This document shows positions 8,873 through 17,132 of a stretch of DNA of 32,000 bases, piece after piece (within the stretch, counting starts at the first letter, position 1; each line of letters starts with the position of its first letter). This DNA is from Rhodocyclaceae bacterium. Its GTDB lineage: Bacteria > Pseudomonadota > Gammaproteobacteria > Burkholderiales > Rhodocyclaceae. Both the position numbers and the translations under genes were made by a program. Location of the stretch: assembly GCA_018262775.1 (NCBI GenBank), contig JADFDU010000033.1, positions 97,725 through 129,724 on the forward strand. Reading direction: 5' to 3'. Below the pieces are notes generated by a model. The model was not told the DNA's origin and did no database searches. It saw only the letters and a program-made list of their open reading frames with translations.

Positions 8873-10270
8873 TTGAAATACGACAGCCAGGAGCAGCGGT
8901 CGCTCCGCACCCTGCTCAAGTGGCTCGGCGCGCTAGTGCTTGCCGCAGCCTTGGCCGGTTGCGCCACGACGCGGCCGCCTCTGGCAGAGTCTTTGCGCCA
9001 GGCGCCAGCCATCGGACCGGTCGGAACCGAATATCGCCTGGATCGGCTGGCCTCGCAGAGCGGCAACAGCGACAGCCTTGCCGTTATCCTGAGCTTCTCG
9101 GGCGGGGGTACTCGCGCCGCCGCTTTTGCCTACGGCGTACTCACGGAACTCAAGCGTGCACCGCTCTTCTGGAACGGTGCGCGAACCACGCTGTTCGACG
9201 AAGTCGATGTCGTTGCCGGCGTGTCGGGCGGCAGCGTTGCGGCGGCCTATTTCGCCGCCTTCGGTGACGAGATATTCAAGAGTTTCGAGCCCGCATTCCT
9301 GAAATCCGATTTCCAGGGAGGGCTGCTGTCGAGCGTGCGCAACCCGGCCAATGCCTACCGCCTGAGTTCCCCCTGGTTCGGCCGCAGCCATCTGCTCGCC
9401 GAGCGTCTTGACGAAACCCTGTTTCGCGGGATCACCTACGGCGATCTTGCCGTGCGCGGGACACGACCCTTTCTGCTCGTCACCGCGACCGACCTCACGC
9501 AGGGCACCAGCTTCGAGTTTTCGCAGGGACAGTTCGACTTGTTATGTTCCCGACTCGACAGGATGCAGCTCGCGCTCGCTGTGGCTGCGTCCAGCGCCGT
9601 TCCGGTGGTGATGAGCCCGGTTACGCTTGCGAACAAGGCCGGCAAGTGCGCCGCACCACCTGCGCCGGCCGTGAATCCCCGGCTCGCGGCGGCGGACGCC
9701 TACCTGGATTCTGAACAGCGCCCATTTATCCATCTGATTGACGGCGGTCTGTCGGACAACCTGGCTGTGCGCGGCATCATCGACGCCATCGCGCACGCCG
9801 GAGGGGTGGCTGGGGCGCTGGAGACGAGCGGCTTGCAAAGCATCCGCAAGCTTGTCATCGTCAGCGTGAACGCGGAGCAAGGCCTCAATACCGTCCTCGA
9901 TCGCAGTGACAAGGTGCCGTCGGTCGCCGAGGTCCTCGATGCCATCGCGTCGGCGACGCTCGCCCAGCGTTCCAGCGAGTCGCGGGAGATTCTGGCGCGT
10001 GGCGCTGCGCGCTGGCGCAAGGAATTACGCGCAGCGGCGCGTGCTGGCAGCAGTACGCTCGACCTGTCTGTCGATCTGTATGTCATTGAGATCAGCTTGC
10101 GGGACCATCCCGAGCCGAAGCTGCGCGGGGAACTCATGGCCATTCCGACTTCTTTCTCGCTGCCGACCGAAGACGTGGATAAGCTGATCGCTGCCGGGGG
10201 AAAGATACTGCGCGAGTCGGCCGAGTTCGTGCGGCTGCGTAAAGATCTTGCCATTGATGAGGCGCGGTAA
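8873..10270 (+). CDS. Patatin-like phospholipase, probable lipoprotein
   Basis: Oxyanion motif SGGGTRAAAF, nucleophile elbow GVSGGS, catalytic Asp motif IDGGLSDN. The N-terminus has a lipobox-like LAAALAGC. The start is uncertain: the track uses TTG at 8873 and no strong RBS is visible. Confidence 0.8.
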   Translation: MKYDSQEQRSLRTLLKWLGALVLAAALAGCATTRPPLAESLRQAPAIGPVGTEYRLDRLASQSGNSDSLAVILSFSGGGTRAAAFAYGVLTELKRAPLFWNGARTTLFDEVDVVAGVSGGSVAAAYFAAFGDEIFKSFEPAFLKSDFQGGLLSSVRNPANAYRLSSPWFGRSHLLAERLDETLFRGITYGDLAVRGTRPFLLVTATDLTQGTSFEFSQGQFDLLCSRLDRMQLALAVAASSAVPVVMSPVTLANKAGKCAAPPAPAVNPRLAAADAYLDSEQRPFIHLIDGGLSDNLAVRGIIDAIAHAGGVAGALETSGLQSIRKLVIVSVNAEQGLNTVLDRSDKVPSVAEVLDAIASATLAQRSSESREILARGAARWRKELRAAARAGSSTLDLSVDLYVIEISLRDHPEPKLRGELMAIPTSFSLPTEDVDKLIAAGGKILRESAEFVRLRKDLAIDEAR

Positions 10271-10310
10271 AAAAACCATGCCGGGCGTGCCTGCAGTCAT
10301 ATGCGTTCTC

Positions 10311-10367
10311 ATCCACGACGGTGTCGCGCACGAAGAGGCCGGCGAGGGGCGGGAGATCGGCGATTGA
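10311..10367 (+). pseudogene. Orphan 3'-terminal fragment (last 18 codons plus stop) of a MacB/LolD-type ABC ATPase gene, homologous to 8700-8756
   Basis: 50 of 57 nt are identical to the end of the ABC ATPase gene. In that gene's frame it reads IHDGVAHEEAGEGREIGD* versus IRDGVTHEEAGEGREIGD*. There is no upstream coding continuation. Confidence 0.6.
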
Positions 10368-10418
10368 CGCGCTCCGTCTGATACTGCCACAAACTTCAAC
10401 CCGGAAAGGAACACTGCC

Positions 10419-10847
10419 ATGAACACACAACGAATCAAGACATCCTTCGTAGCGACGCTGCTGGTCGCCACGGTGGCGCTGGTTTTTGGCCTGGCCACCA
10501 TCGCCTCCGGCGGACGCGTGCTGTTCGGTGGCGAGGCTGCGCGCAGCGCGGCGGGAAACTACGTACCCTTCGTCCTCTGGTTCAACTTCCTCGCTGGTTT
10601 CGCCTACGTCGTCGCTGCCGCAGGCCTGGCCGCACGGCAGGCCTGGGCGGCACGCCTGGCGCTGTTCATCGCGGTCGCCACGGCCGTGACGTTCCTCGTC
10701 TTCGGTCTGTTCGTCCTCACTGGAACGCCATTCGAGATGCGCACGGTCGCGGCCATGACGCTACGCACGGCCCTGTGGTCGGGCATCGCTTGGTTTGCCT
10801 GCCGCCGTAGCGGCACCCTGCACGGAAAATCCGGCGAAGGGCGGTAA
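10419..10847 (+). CDS. Hypothetical integral membrane protein (about 4 TM)
   Basis: ATG at 10419 with GGAAAGGA 9 nt upstream. The 142-aa product is hydrophobic. No family recognised. Confidence 0.55.
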   Translation: MNTQRIKTSFVATLLVATVALVFGLATIASGGRVLFGGEAARSAAGNYVPFVLWFNFLAGFAYVVAAAGLAARQAWAARLALFIAVATAVTFLVFGLFVLTGTPFEMRTVAAMTLRTALWSGIAWFACRRSGTLHGKSGEGR

Positions 10848-10866
10848 GTGTAAGATTGCGTCGTAT

Positions 10867-11337
10867 ATGAATCCTGCTGAGGTCGCCATGCTTCGATCCC
10901 TCCTGATCTTCCTTCATCTCGCTGGCGTCATCGTCTGGGTCGGGGGAATGTTTTTCGTACATTTCTGCCTGCGTCCCGCCGCCTTGCGGGTGCTCGAACC
11001 GCCGCAGCGGCTGCCGCTGTGGGCGGCGACGCTCGGCAGGTTCCTGCCCATCACGGCCGTCGCGGTCCTGGTCATCCTGCTGAGCGGCTTCATACTGTTG
11101 CTGGAGACCGGTTTCAGACAAGCACCGGTCGGCTGGCACGTCATGATGACGCTCGGCGTGGTGATGTCCGGCATTTTTGTTTACGTTTACGGCGTGCTCT
11201 ATCCGCGGCTGCGGCGGCATAGCGCAGCCGGTGCCTGGCCCGACGCCGCCGCCGCGCTCGGCGCCATCCGCGTCATGGTGACGACGAATCTCCTGTTGTC
11301 GCTGTGCATCGGCATTGCGGCGATCTTTTTCAGGTAA
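10867..11337 (+). CDS. Integral membrane protein, CopD-like/unknown function
   Basis: ATG at 10867; the track ORF starts earlier at 10795, overlapping the previous gene. Four hydrophobic helices. The first helix, LHLAGVIVWVGGMFF, resembles the CopD-type H-x3-A-x2-W-x-GG helix. The family assignment is tentative. Confidence 0.55.
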   Translation: MNPAEVAMLRSLLIFLHLAGVIVWVGGMFFVHFCLRPAALRVLEPPQRLPLWAATLGRFLPITAVAVLVILLSGFILLLETGFRQAPVGWHVMMTLGVVMSGIFVYVYGVLYPRLRRHSAAGAWPDAAAALGAIRVMVTTNLLLSLCIGIAAIFFR

Positions 11338-11495
11338 TCGGCTACAAAGATACTTGCAGCTTCCCGATTCGCCGTGTCGGCGGGACTGACTTTCAGGCCG
11401 GTGCAGGGCGGCAAGCTCCTCGTCCTGATCCGCGCGACGATCAGCCTGGAGGAGGCCGGCGCGCGCATGGGCAGTGCTGCATGGGCCGTCGCCCC

Positions 11496-12878
11496 TTACT
11501 GCTTGGGTGGCGGCACCGGAAATGACCCTCCCATGCTGCTTCCCGGCCCACCTGTCGGGACATCTGGCGGGGGTTGCGTGAGGCTGTTCATGCGTTCGCG
11601 TGTATCCACGTCCGCGCTTTCGAAGCGCGCGCAGGGATTCGTACCGGTATCGCCGCAGTTCGTCACGGCGCTCGCACCGACCCTGGGGCCTTCGCGGACT
11701 GCCGGCGATGGCCCATCACCATCACCCCGCCCGGGTTGCGCGATCCTGCCGCCGGATTGCACCAGATCGTTTTCGCGCTTCCACTGCAGGTAGACGGTGT
11801 CCATGAACCAGGGCAAGGATTTATCCATCCACGCTTCGTCGAAACCACCGCGACCGCTGAATGGGACTTCTGACGGAGCGCCGTGGTGTGTGCCGGAGTG
11901 CCGGACCGAATAGCCATCGTCACCCGACGTTTCGGTGCGATAAAATACAACGCCGGTTTTTATGTCGCGCTTGTACTCCGTCGTAGTCATGTCGCCATTC
12001 CGTGCCACTGACTCGCCGCCGCCACCGGTGACATTGCCATGGGCGTCTTTTTCAGTCCTGGAGATGAACATGGTGCCGTCAGCGTCGTTCGCTTCGTTCG
12101 TTGTGGTCGTCGAACCGTCGGCGTGACGTGTGACCGTGGTTCGAGTTTTGTTGCCCTCCGCGTCCGTGGTCTCTGGAAACTCGTCTATCGGTTCAGGAGC
12201 CGACGATGGGCTTTCACTGGCGTGGCCATCGCGTCCCACCCCACTTCTCGGATCCTTCCACCCGCCACCGCTCCTGCGGGGAGCACCCCCCGGCCGATCC
12301 CCGAAAAATCTGTCGTCAGCAGCGCGGCTGCCCGCGGCATCGAACGCGCTGCCGAGTTCCGAAATCCGTTTGAGGTCCGCCGCCTGCTGCATCAACTTGA
12401 TATCGCCACCGAGCTCGCGGACGCGCGTGGCGACGTCGGACGGGACCAGCGACGACTGATTCGCCTTGTCCCGGACGCCGGGCGTGGCATCGGCAAAAAC
12501 GCGCGCCTCGCTGTATACAGCCGGAGCATCGCCGGTTTTTGCCCCCTTGCCGCCGGGTCCGGCGTACACATAGTGCGTCATGCTGGGCAGTCGTCGCCCG
12601 GGCTCGCCGTCGCCGAACGTGACGGTGGCCACATGGCCGTCCAGCACGAAGGCAACGCGGCGCCACGACCCGTCGGCCGCATGCTCGCGCCAGCCGCCCG
12701 AGATCCTGCTGCCCGCCCGCTGGACACTGTCGCTCACGATGAGCGTCCGGTTGATCTTCTCCGCTTTGATCGGGGTCTCGGCGAGGGCGCTGCCGGCGAG
12801 CGCCAGCAGCACCGTGCCGCCAAGCAGGATATGCCGTGCCAGGCCGGTGCGTTGGGGAATTACGGTGGTATTCGACAT
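11496..12878 (-). CDS. Secreted protein of unknown function (460 aa), Gly/Asp/Thr-rich
   Basis: The internal ATG at 12878 gives MSNTTVIPQRTGLARHILLGGTVLLALAGSALA-ETP, a classical signal peptide. The rest has no recognisable motif and ends in a Pro/Gly-rich tail. Confidence 0.6.
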   Translation of the reverse strand: MSNTTVIPQRTGLARHILLGGTVLLALAGSALAETPIKAEKINRTLIVSDSVQRAGSRISGGWREHAADGSWRRVAFVLDGHVATVTFGDGEPGRRLPSMTHYVYAGPGGKGAKTGDAPAVYSEARVFADATPGVRDKANQSSLVPSDVATRVRELGGDIKLMQQAADLKRISELGSAFDAAGSRAADDRFFGDRPGGAPRRSGGGWKDPRSGVGRDGHASESPSSAPEPIDEFPETTDAEGNKTRTTVTRHADGSTTTTNEANDADGTMFISRTEKDAHGNVTGGGGESVARNGDMTTTEYKRDIKTGVVFYRTETSGDDGYSVRHSGTHHGAPSEVPFSGRGGFDEAWMDKSLPWFMDTVYLQWKRENDLVQSGGRIAQPGRGDGDGPSPAVREGPRVGASAVTNCGDTGTNPCARFESADVDTRERMNSLTQPPPDVPTGGPGSSMGGSFPVPPPKQ

Positions 12879-13087
12879 GCGCGGACTCCCGGTGGGTGGT
12901 GAGAAGAAACGCAACGGCTTGTCCGGAAGCAGACCGGCGCCTGGAAGCCGCAGTGAATCCGAGGTCTCATGCCTGAGGAATCTGCAAACCCCGCCAGAAT
13001 GACAACATGTTAACACCGTACGGCGGGTTCGCCGTACTGCGGAGACTGACTTTTCCGGCCGGCATGTCGTGGTTCGACGACAGTTCT

Positions 13088-13372
13088 TTATCGCGCCTTG
13101 GCCGGTGCAAGGTCACCTTCGGCGAATTCTTTCACCGGTGCCAGCGCCGGCGAGATTGCCGAGCCAGGACAATCCCCAGCTTGCGGCCAGGTCGCCGGTG
13201 CTGATGCGCTGGCGCAGTCGGCCGATGCGTCCTCGGCGTTGCGGAACACGGCGATGTCCCCCTTGCCGGTGTCTTTCACCACTTTCGCGCCAAGGCGCGG
13301 GATGTCCTCAAGCGGACAGACTTTCAGCCAATCGCTTATCGCTGTTTCCTTCTGAAACGGAATCCTTCGCAT
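13088..13372 (-). CDS. NirD/Rieske-like small protein, possibly degraded
   Basis: The N-terminal 50 aa (DWLKVCPLEDIPRLGAKVVKDTGKGDIAVFRNAEDA) look like the first strands of NirD or small Rieske-fold proteins. The C-terminal half (ADCASASAPATWPQAGDCPG...) lacks the expected CPH...CPLH-type or NirD-type continuation in any single frame. Confidence 0.35.
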   Translation of the reverse strand: MRRIPFQKETAISDWLKVCPLEDIPRLGAKVVKDTGKGDIAVFRNAEDASADCASASAPATWPQAGDCPGSAISPALAPVKEFAEGDLAPAKAR

Positions 13373-13653
13373 AAGCTATGGCAAGAGCCATGCCGGCGGC
13401 TTAACGTATTGAAGCGAAGTAACAAAAGTCAGTCGCCGGGATACGGCGGTGTCCTCAATGGTGCGACGTGGCCGTGGGCGTGCGCCAAGGTGGTGCGCGC
13501 CTGTGCGAAACTATTGCCACAGAAACAAGGGCTGGCAATAGTGCCGGGACAGCAACCCGACGGAGGAGACATGATGGACCCCCACGCTCACTTACGTTCG
13601 CTGCCCCCCGAGGGGGCGCATGCCTCCTTTGGGGCGGCCCTGCAGGAGGCGCC

Positions 13654-14532
13654 ATGAACATCGGATTCATCGGCCTCGGCCTCATGGGCCGCCCCATGGC
13701 CATCAACATCGCTCGCGGCAACCACACGCTGCATATCTGGGCGAGGCGCGCCGCGTCCCTTGAACCCTTCGCCCAGTTCGGTGCGCATGCGCATGTCAGC
13801 GCCGCCGAGGTGGCGAAGCACGCCGACATCGTGTTTACCTGTGTTGCCGACACACCGGATGTCGAGGCAGTCTGCCTCGGCGCGGGCGGCATCGTCGAAT
13901 CGGGCAAGCGCGGACTCGTGGTATCGGATTCGAGCACCATCGCGCCGGCAGCAGCGCGGCGCATCGGCGCGAAACTGAAGGAGCACGGCATGGCCTTCCT
14001 CGACGCGCCGGTCTCCGGCGGCGAGGTCGGCGCCATCAACGCCACGCTGAGCTTCATGGTCGGCGGCGAGGAGACGGCCTTCGAGAAGGCGAAACCTTTC
14101 TACGAGCTGATGGGCAAGAGCGTGACGCTGGTCGGCGCTTCCGGCGCCGGCCAGGTGACCAAGGCCTGCAACCAGACGGTGGTGGCGATGACCATGCTCG
14201 CCGTAGCGGAGGCGCTGACTTTCGCGAAGAAGTCCGGCGTCGACGGCGCCAAGGTGCGCGAGGCGCTGCTCGGCGGCTTCGCCAACAGCAAGATCCTCGA
14301 CCACCACGGCAAGAAGATGCTCGAGCGCAACTGGAAGCCCGGCTTCAAGGCGTGGATGCAGCAGAAGGATCTGCGCATCGTGCTGCAAAGCGCGCACGAT
14401 CTCGGCCTGGCCATGCCCGGCGCCGCCGTTGCTTCGCAGCTCTTCAACGCCATGGTCGGCAGCGGCATGGGCGAAGAAGACAATATGGCGGTGATCAAGC
14501 TCATCGAGAATCTCGCCGGTATAAAAGAATGA
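13654..14532 (+). CDS. NAD(P)-dependent oxidoreductase, 3-hydroxyisobutyrate/tartronate-semialdehyde reductase family (copy 1)
   Basis: ATG at 13654 after AGGAGG (13644-13649). Rossmann N-terminus MNIGFIGLGLMGRPMA. Family blocks DAPVSGG and GAGQVTKACNQ. Confidence 0.9.
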   Translation: MNIGFIGLGLMGRPMAINIARGNHTLHIWARRAASLEPFAQFGAHAHVSAAEVAKHADIVFTCVADTPDVEAVCLGAGGIVESGKRGLVVSDSSTIAPAAARRIGAKLKEHGMAFLDAPVSGGEVGAINATLSFMVGGEETAFEKAKPFYELMGKSVTLVGASGAGQVTKACNQTVVAMTMLAVAEALTFAKKSGVDGAKVREALLGGFANSKILDHHGKKMLERNWKPGFKAWMQQKDLRIVLQSAHDLGLAMPGAAVASQLFNAMVGSGMGEEDNMAVIKLIENLAGIKE

Positions 14533-15398
14533 ACCTCGGCTTCATCGGCCTCGGCGCCATGGGGCGCCCGATGGCACTGCATCTCCTCAAGGCCGGCCAT
14601 GCGCTTTCCATCTATGCGCGGCGTCCCGAGGCGGCGCGGCCACTGACCGACGCCGGCGCCACGCTGTGCGACAGTCCGGCAGCGGTGGCGGCGGCAAGCG
14701 AGGTGGTGTTCACCATCGTCACCAGCAATGCCGACGTCGAGGGCGTCGCGCTGGGCGAGCGCGGCCTCATCCACGGCGCGAAGTCGGGCTGCGTGCTGGT
14801 GGACATGAGCACCATCGCGCCGGGTACGGCACGCCACATTGCGACACGACTGGGCGAGCGCGGCATCGAGATGATCGACGCGCCGGTTTCCGGCGGTGAG
14901 CAGGGCGCCATCAACGCCACGCTGGCCATCATGGCCGGCGGCAAGACCGAAGTCCTCGAACGCGTGCGGCCACTGCTGGAAAAACTCGGCAAGACCATTG
15001 TGTACATTGGCCCCAACGGCGCCGGCCAGGTAGCGAAGGCCTGCAACCAGATGATCATGGTTGCCAACATCCAGGCTTGCGCCGAGGCCATCCAGCTTGC
15101 CAACGCCAGCGGCGTTGAGCCGAAGCGCGTCGTTACGGCGCTTTCCGGTGGCTCGGCCGCCGGCCGCGTGCTGGAATTGTTCGGCGGCAAGATGGCGGCG
15201 CGCGACTTCAAGGCCGGCGTCGAGGCGCGCCTGCACCACAAGGACTTCGGCCTGCTCATGCACGAGGCGGCCGCGCTTGGCCTCGCCGTGCCGGTGGCGT
15301 CCCAGGTGTGGCAACAACTGAATGCGCTGATGGCGAATGGCTGGGGCAACGAGGACACCTCCAGCCTGCTACGCGTTCTGGAAAGGGGGATGGCATGA
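14529..15398 (+). CDS. NAD(P)-dependent oxidoreductase, 3-hydroxyisobutyrate/tartronate-semialdehyde reductase family (copy 2)
   Basis: ATG at 14529 overlaps the upstream stop (ATGA). MNLGFIGLGAMGRPMA, DAPVSGG and GAGQVAKACNQ make it a clear paralogue of the preceding gene. Confidence 0.9.
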   Translation: MNLGFIGLGAMGRPMALHLLKAGHALSIYARRPEAARPLTDAGATLCDSPAAVAAASEVVFTIVTSNADVEGVALGERGLIHGAKSGCVLVDMSTIAPGTARHIATRLGERGIEMIDAPVSGGEQGAINATLAIMAGGKTEVLERVRPLLEKLGKTIVYIGPNGAGQVAKACNQMIMVANIQACAEAIQLANASGVEPKRVVTALSGGSAAGRVLELFGGKMAARDFKAGVEARLHHKDFGLLMHEAAALGLAVPVASQVWQQLNALMANGWGNEDTSSLLRVLERGMA

Positions 15399-15826
15399 AT
15401 CACCACGGTAGTTGCCTGTGCGGCGGCGTGCGTTACGCGCTACGCGGCGAACTGGGGAAGATCACGCTGTGTCATTGCGCCCAATGCCGCAAGGCGCAGG
15501 GCGGCGCGGCAGTCGCTGCCGCGCCGGTGAAGGCGGCCGAGTTCGAGATCACCGCCGGTGCGGAGTTGTTGCGCGCCTTCGAATCCTCGCCCGGCAAGGA
15601 GCGCGTCTTCTGCAGCCGCTGCGGCTCGCCGATTTACAGCCGCCGTCCTGCGGAGCCTGACTTTCTGCGGTTGCGACTCGGCACGCTCGATACCCCCGTC
15701 GGGAAAACACCTGCGGCGCACATCTGGGTGAGTGACAAGGCCGACTGGGACGACATCTGCGATGGCGTGCCGCAATACGCCGGCTTCGAGCCGGGTCGCG
15801 CCGTGCCGCCGTCCTGCGGCGACTGA
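15395..15826 (+). CDS. GFA/CENP-V family (glutathione-dependent formaldehyde-activating-like) zinc protein
   Basis: ATG at 15395 overlaps the upstream stop (ATGA). The Cys pattern CLCGGVRY...CHCAQCRK...CSRCGSP is typical of the GFA domain. Confidence 0.8.
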   Translation: MNHHGSCLCGGVRYALRGELGKITLCHCAQCRKAQGGAAVAAAPVKAAEFEITAGAELLRAFESSPGKERVFCSRCGSPIYSRRPAEPDFLRLRLGTLDTPVGKTPAAHIWVSDKADWDDICDGVPQYAGFEPGRAVPPSCGD

Positions 15827-15845
15827 CTTTTCGCGGAGGGCCATC

Positions 15846-16796
15846 ATGCGCAAGGTCTATTCTTTCTTTGTAATGGCGCTCTGCGCGCTGCCGGCACTCG
15901 CGTGGCAGGAAGCCAGCGTGCCGATGAAGGTGGAGCGAGTTGGCAAGCATTCCTGGTATGTGCGCGGCGCATCCGGTCCGGCCACTGCAGCCAATCAAGG
16001 CTTCATGTCCAATGCCGGCTTCGTCGTCACGCGCGAGGGCGTGGTGGTGTTCGATGCGCTCGGCACGCCGGCACTGGCGAAAAAACTCATCGACGAGATT
16101 CGCAAAATAACCAGACGGCCGATCCGCCGCGTCATCCTCAGCCATTACCACGCCGACCACTACTACGGCCTGCAGGCCTTCAAGGACGCCGGCGCGGAAA
16201 TCTGGGCGCATGCGCGCGGCAAGGCTGTGCTGACCTCGGCGGCGGCGCAGGACCGGCTCAAGCAGCGGCAGGACTTGCTGTCGCCGTGGGTGGATGAAAC
16301 CTTCCGCATCGTCCCGGCCGATCTCTGGCTGGAGGGCGACACGGATTTCAAGCTGGGCGGCGTGCATTTCTCCGTGCGCCAGGTCGGGCCGGCGCATTCG
16401 GCGGAGGACATTGCGCTGTTCGTGCGCAACGACGGCGTGCTCTTCGCCGGCGACCTCGTTTTCCAGGGGCGCGTGCCCTTCGTCGGCGAGGCCGACTCGA
16501 AGCAGTGGCTGGTGGCGCTGGGGACGCTGCTGGCGCTCAAGCCGCGCGTGTTGGTGCCGGGCCATGGCGCCGCCTCGCGCGATCCAGCGGCCGACCTCAA
16601 GCTGACGCGCGACTATCTTGGCTACCTGCGTGAAACGATGGGGCAGGCCGTGGCCGACTTCGTGCCCTTCGAGGAAGCCTACGCAGCCACCGACTGGCAT
16701 GCCTACGAAAAACTGCCGGCCTTCGAAGCAGCCAACCGGCCGAACGCCTACAACACCTACATTCTCATGGAGCAGGAGTCGCTGCGAAAAAAGTGA
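15846..16796 (+). CDS. MBL-fold metallo-hydrolase, exported
   Basis: ATG at 15846 gives the signal peptide MRKVYSFFVMALCALPALA-WQ. HxHxDH motif (SHYHADHYYG). Later H and D ligands at PAHSAED and VPGHG. Confidence 0.85.
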   Translation: MRKVYSFFVMALCALPALAWQEASVPMKVERVGKHSWYVRGASGPATAANQGFMSNAGFVVTREGVVVFDALGTPALAKKLIDEIRKITRRPIRRVILSHYHADHYYGLQAFKDAGAEIWAHARGKAVLTSAAAQDRLKQRQDLLSPWVDETFRIVPADLWLEGDTDFKLGGVHFSVRQVGPAHSAEDIALFVRNDGVLFAGDLVFQGRVPFVGEADSKQWLVALGTLLALKPRVLVPGHGAASRDPAADLKLTRDYLGYLRETMGQAVADFVPFEEAYAATDWHAYEKLPAFEAANRPNAYNTYILMEQESLRKK

Positions 16797-17132
16797 GAAA
16801 GCGGCAGGCTGGGCTTGTCCATGACGCGCTATGCCGCCTTCACCACGAAGTCCACATGCACCGCGTCGTACGGGAAGCAAAAGTCCGCCTCGTCGCAACC
16901 CCGCCGTATCGCCGGCGCTGACTTTCCGGCGGATCGCTTTTCCGCTGTTCCGGCAGCCTGCGTCTTGCATCCGACAGCGCCGAGGACGCGCCTGGCCGGT
17001 TCTCGAAAATACCGATCGATCAGGCTCATCCAGTGAGCTACTTGCCGCACCATACTGAAACCGCTTTCAGACGATTGCGATCCACTGCGCAGACCTTCTG
17101 GTCTCTTGTACCTGGCATAAGGGGGCATAATA

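Noticed and set aside
8873-10270. Patatin-like phospholipase as a CBASS-type (CapV-like) defence effector
   Set aside because: No CD-NTase/cyclase or other CBASS component is adjacent. The protein has a lipoprotein-type export signal, unlike cytoplasmic CapV effectors.
14100-16970. Minus-strand ORFs 14100..15317 and 15549..16970 opposite the dehydrogenase/GFA/MBL operon
   Set aside because: Same reasoning: no motifs and low-complexity Arg/Ala/Gly-rich translation. The plus-strand frames have Rossmann, GFA-Cys and HxHxDH motifs.
16797-17132. Non-coding-looking 336 nt upstream of cas3 with overlapping small ORFs (16829..17164 -, 16815..17036 +, 16831..17058 +)
   Set aside because: None has an RBS, a recognisable motif or a plausible composition. 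The region is treated as the cas3 promoter/intergenic region (it contains one GCTGACTTTC copy). A gene remnant cannot be excluded without a BLASTX search.
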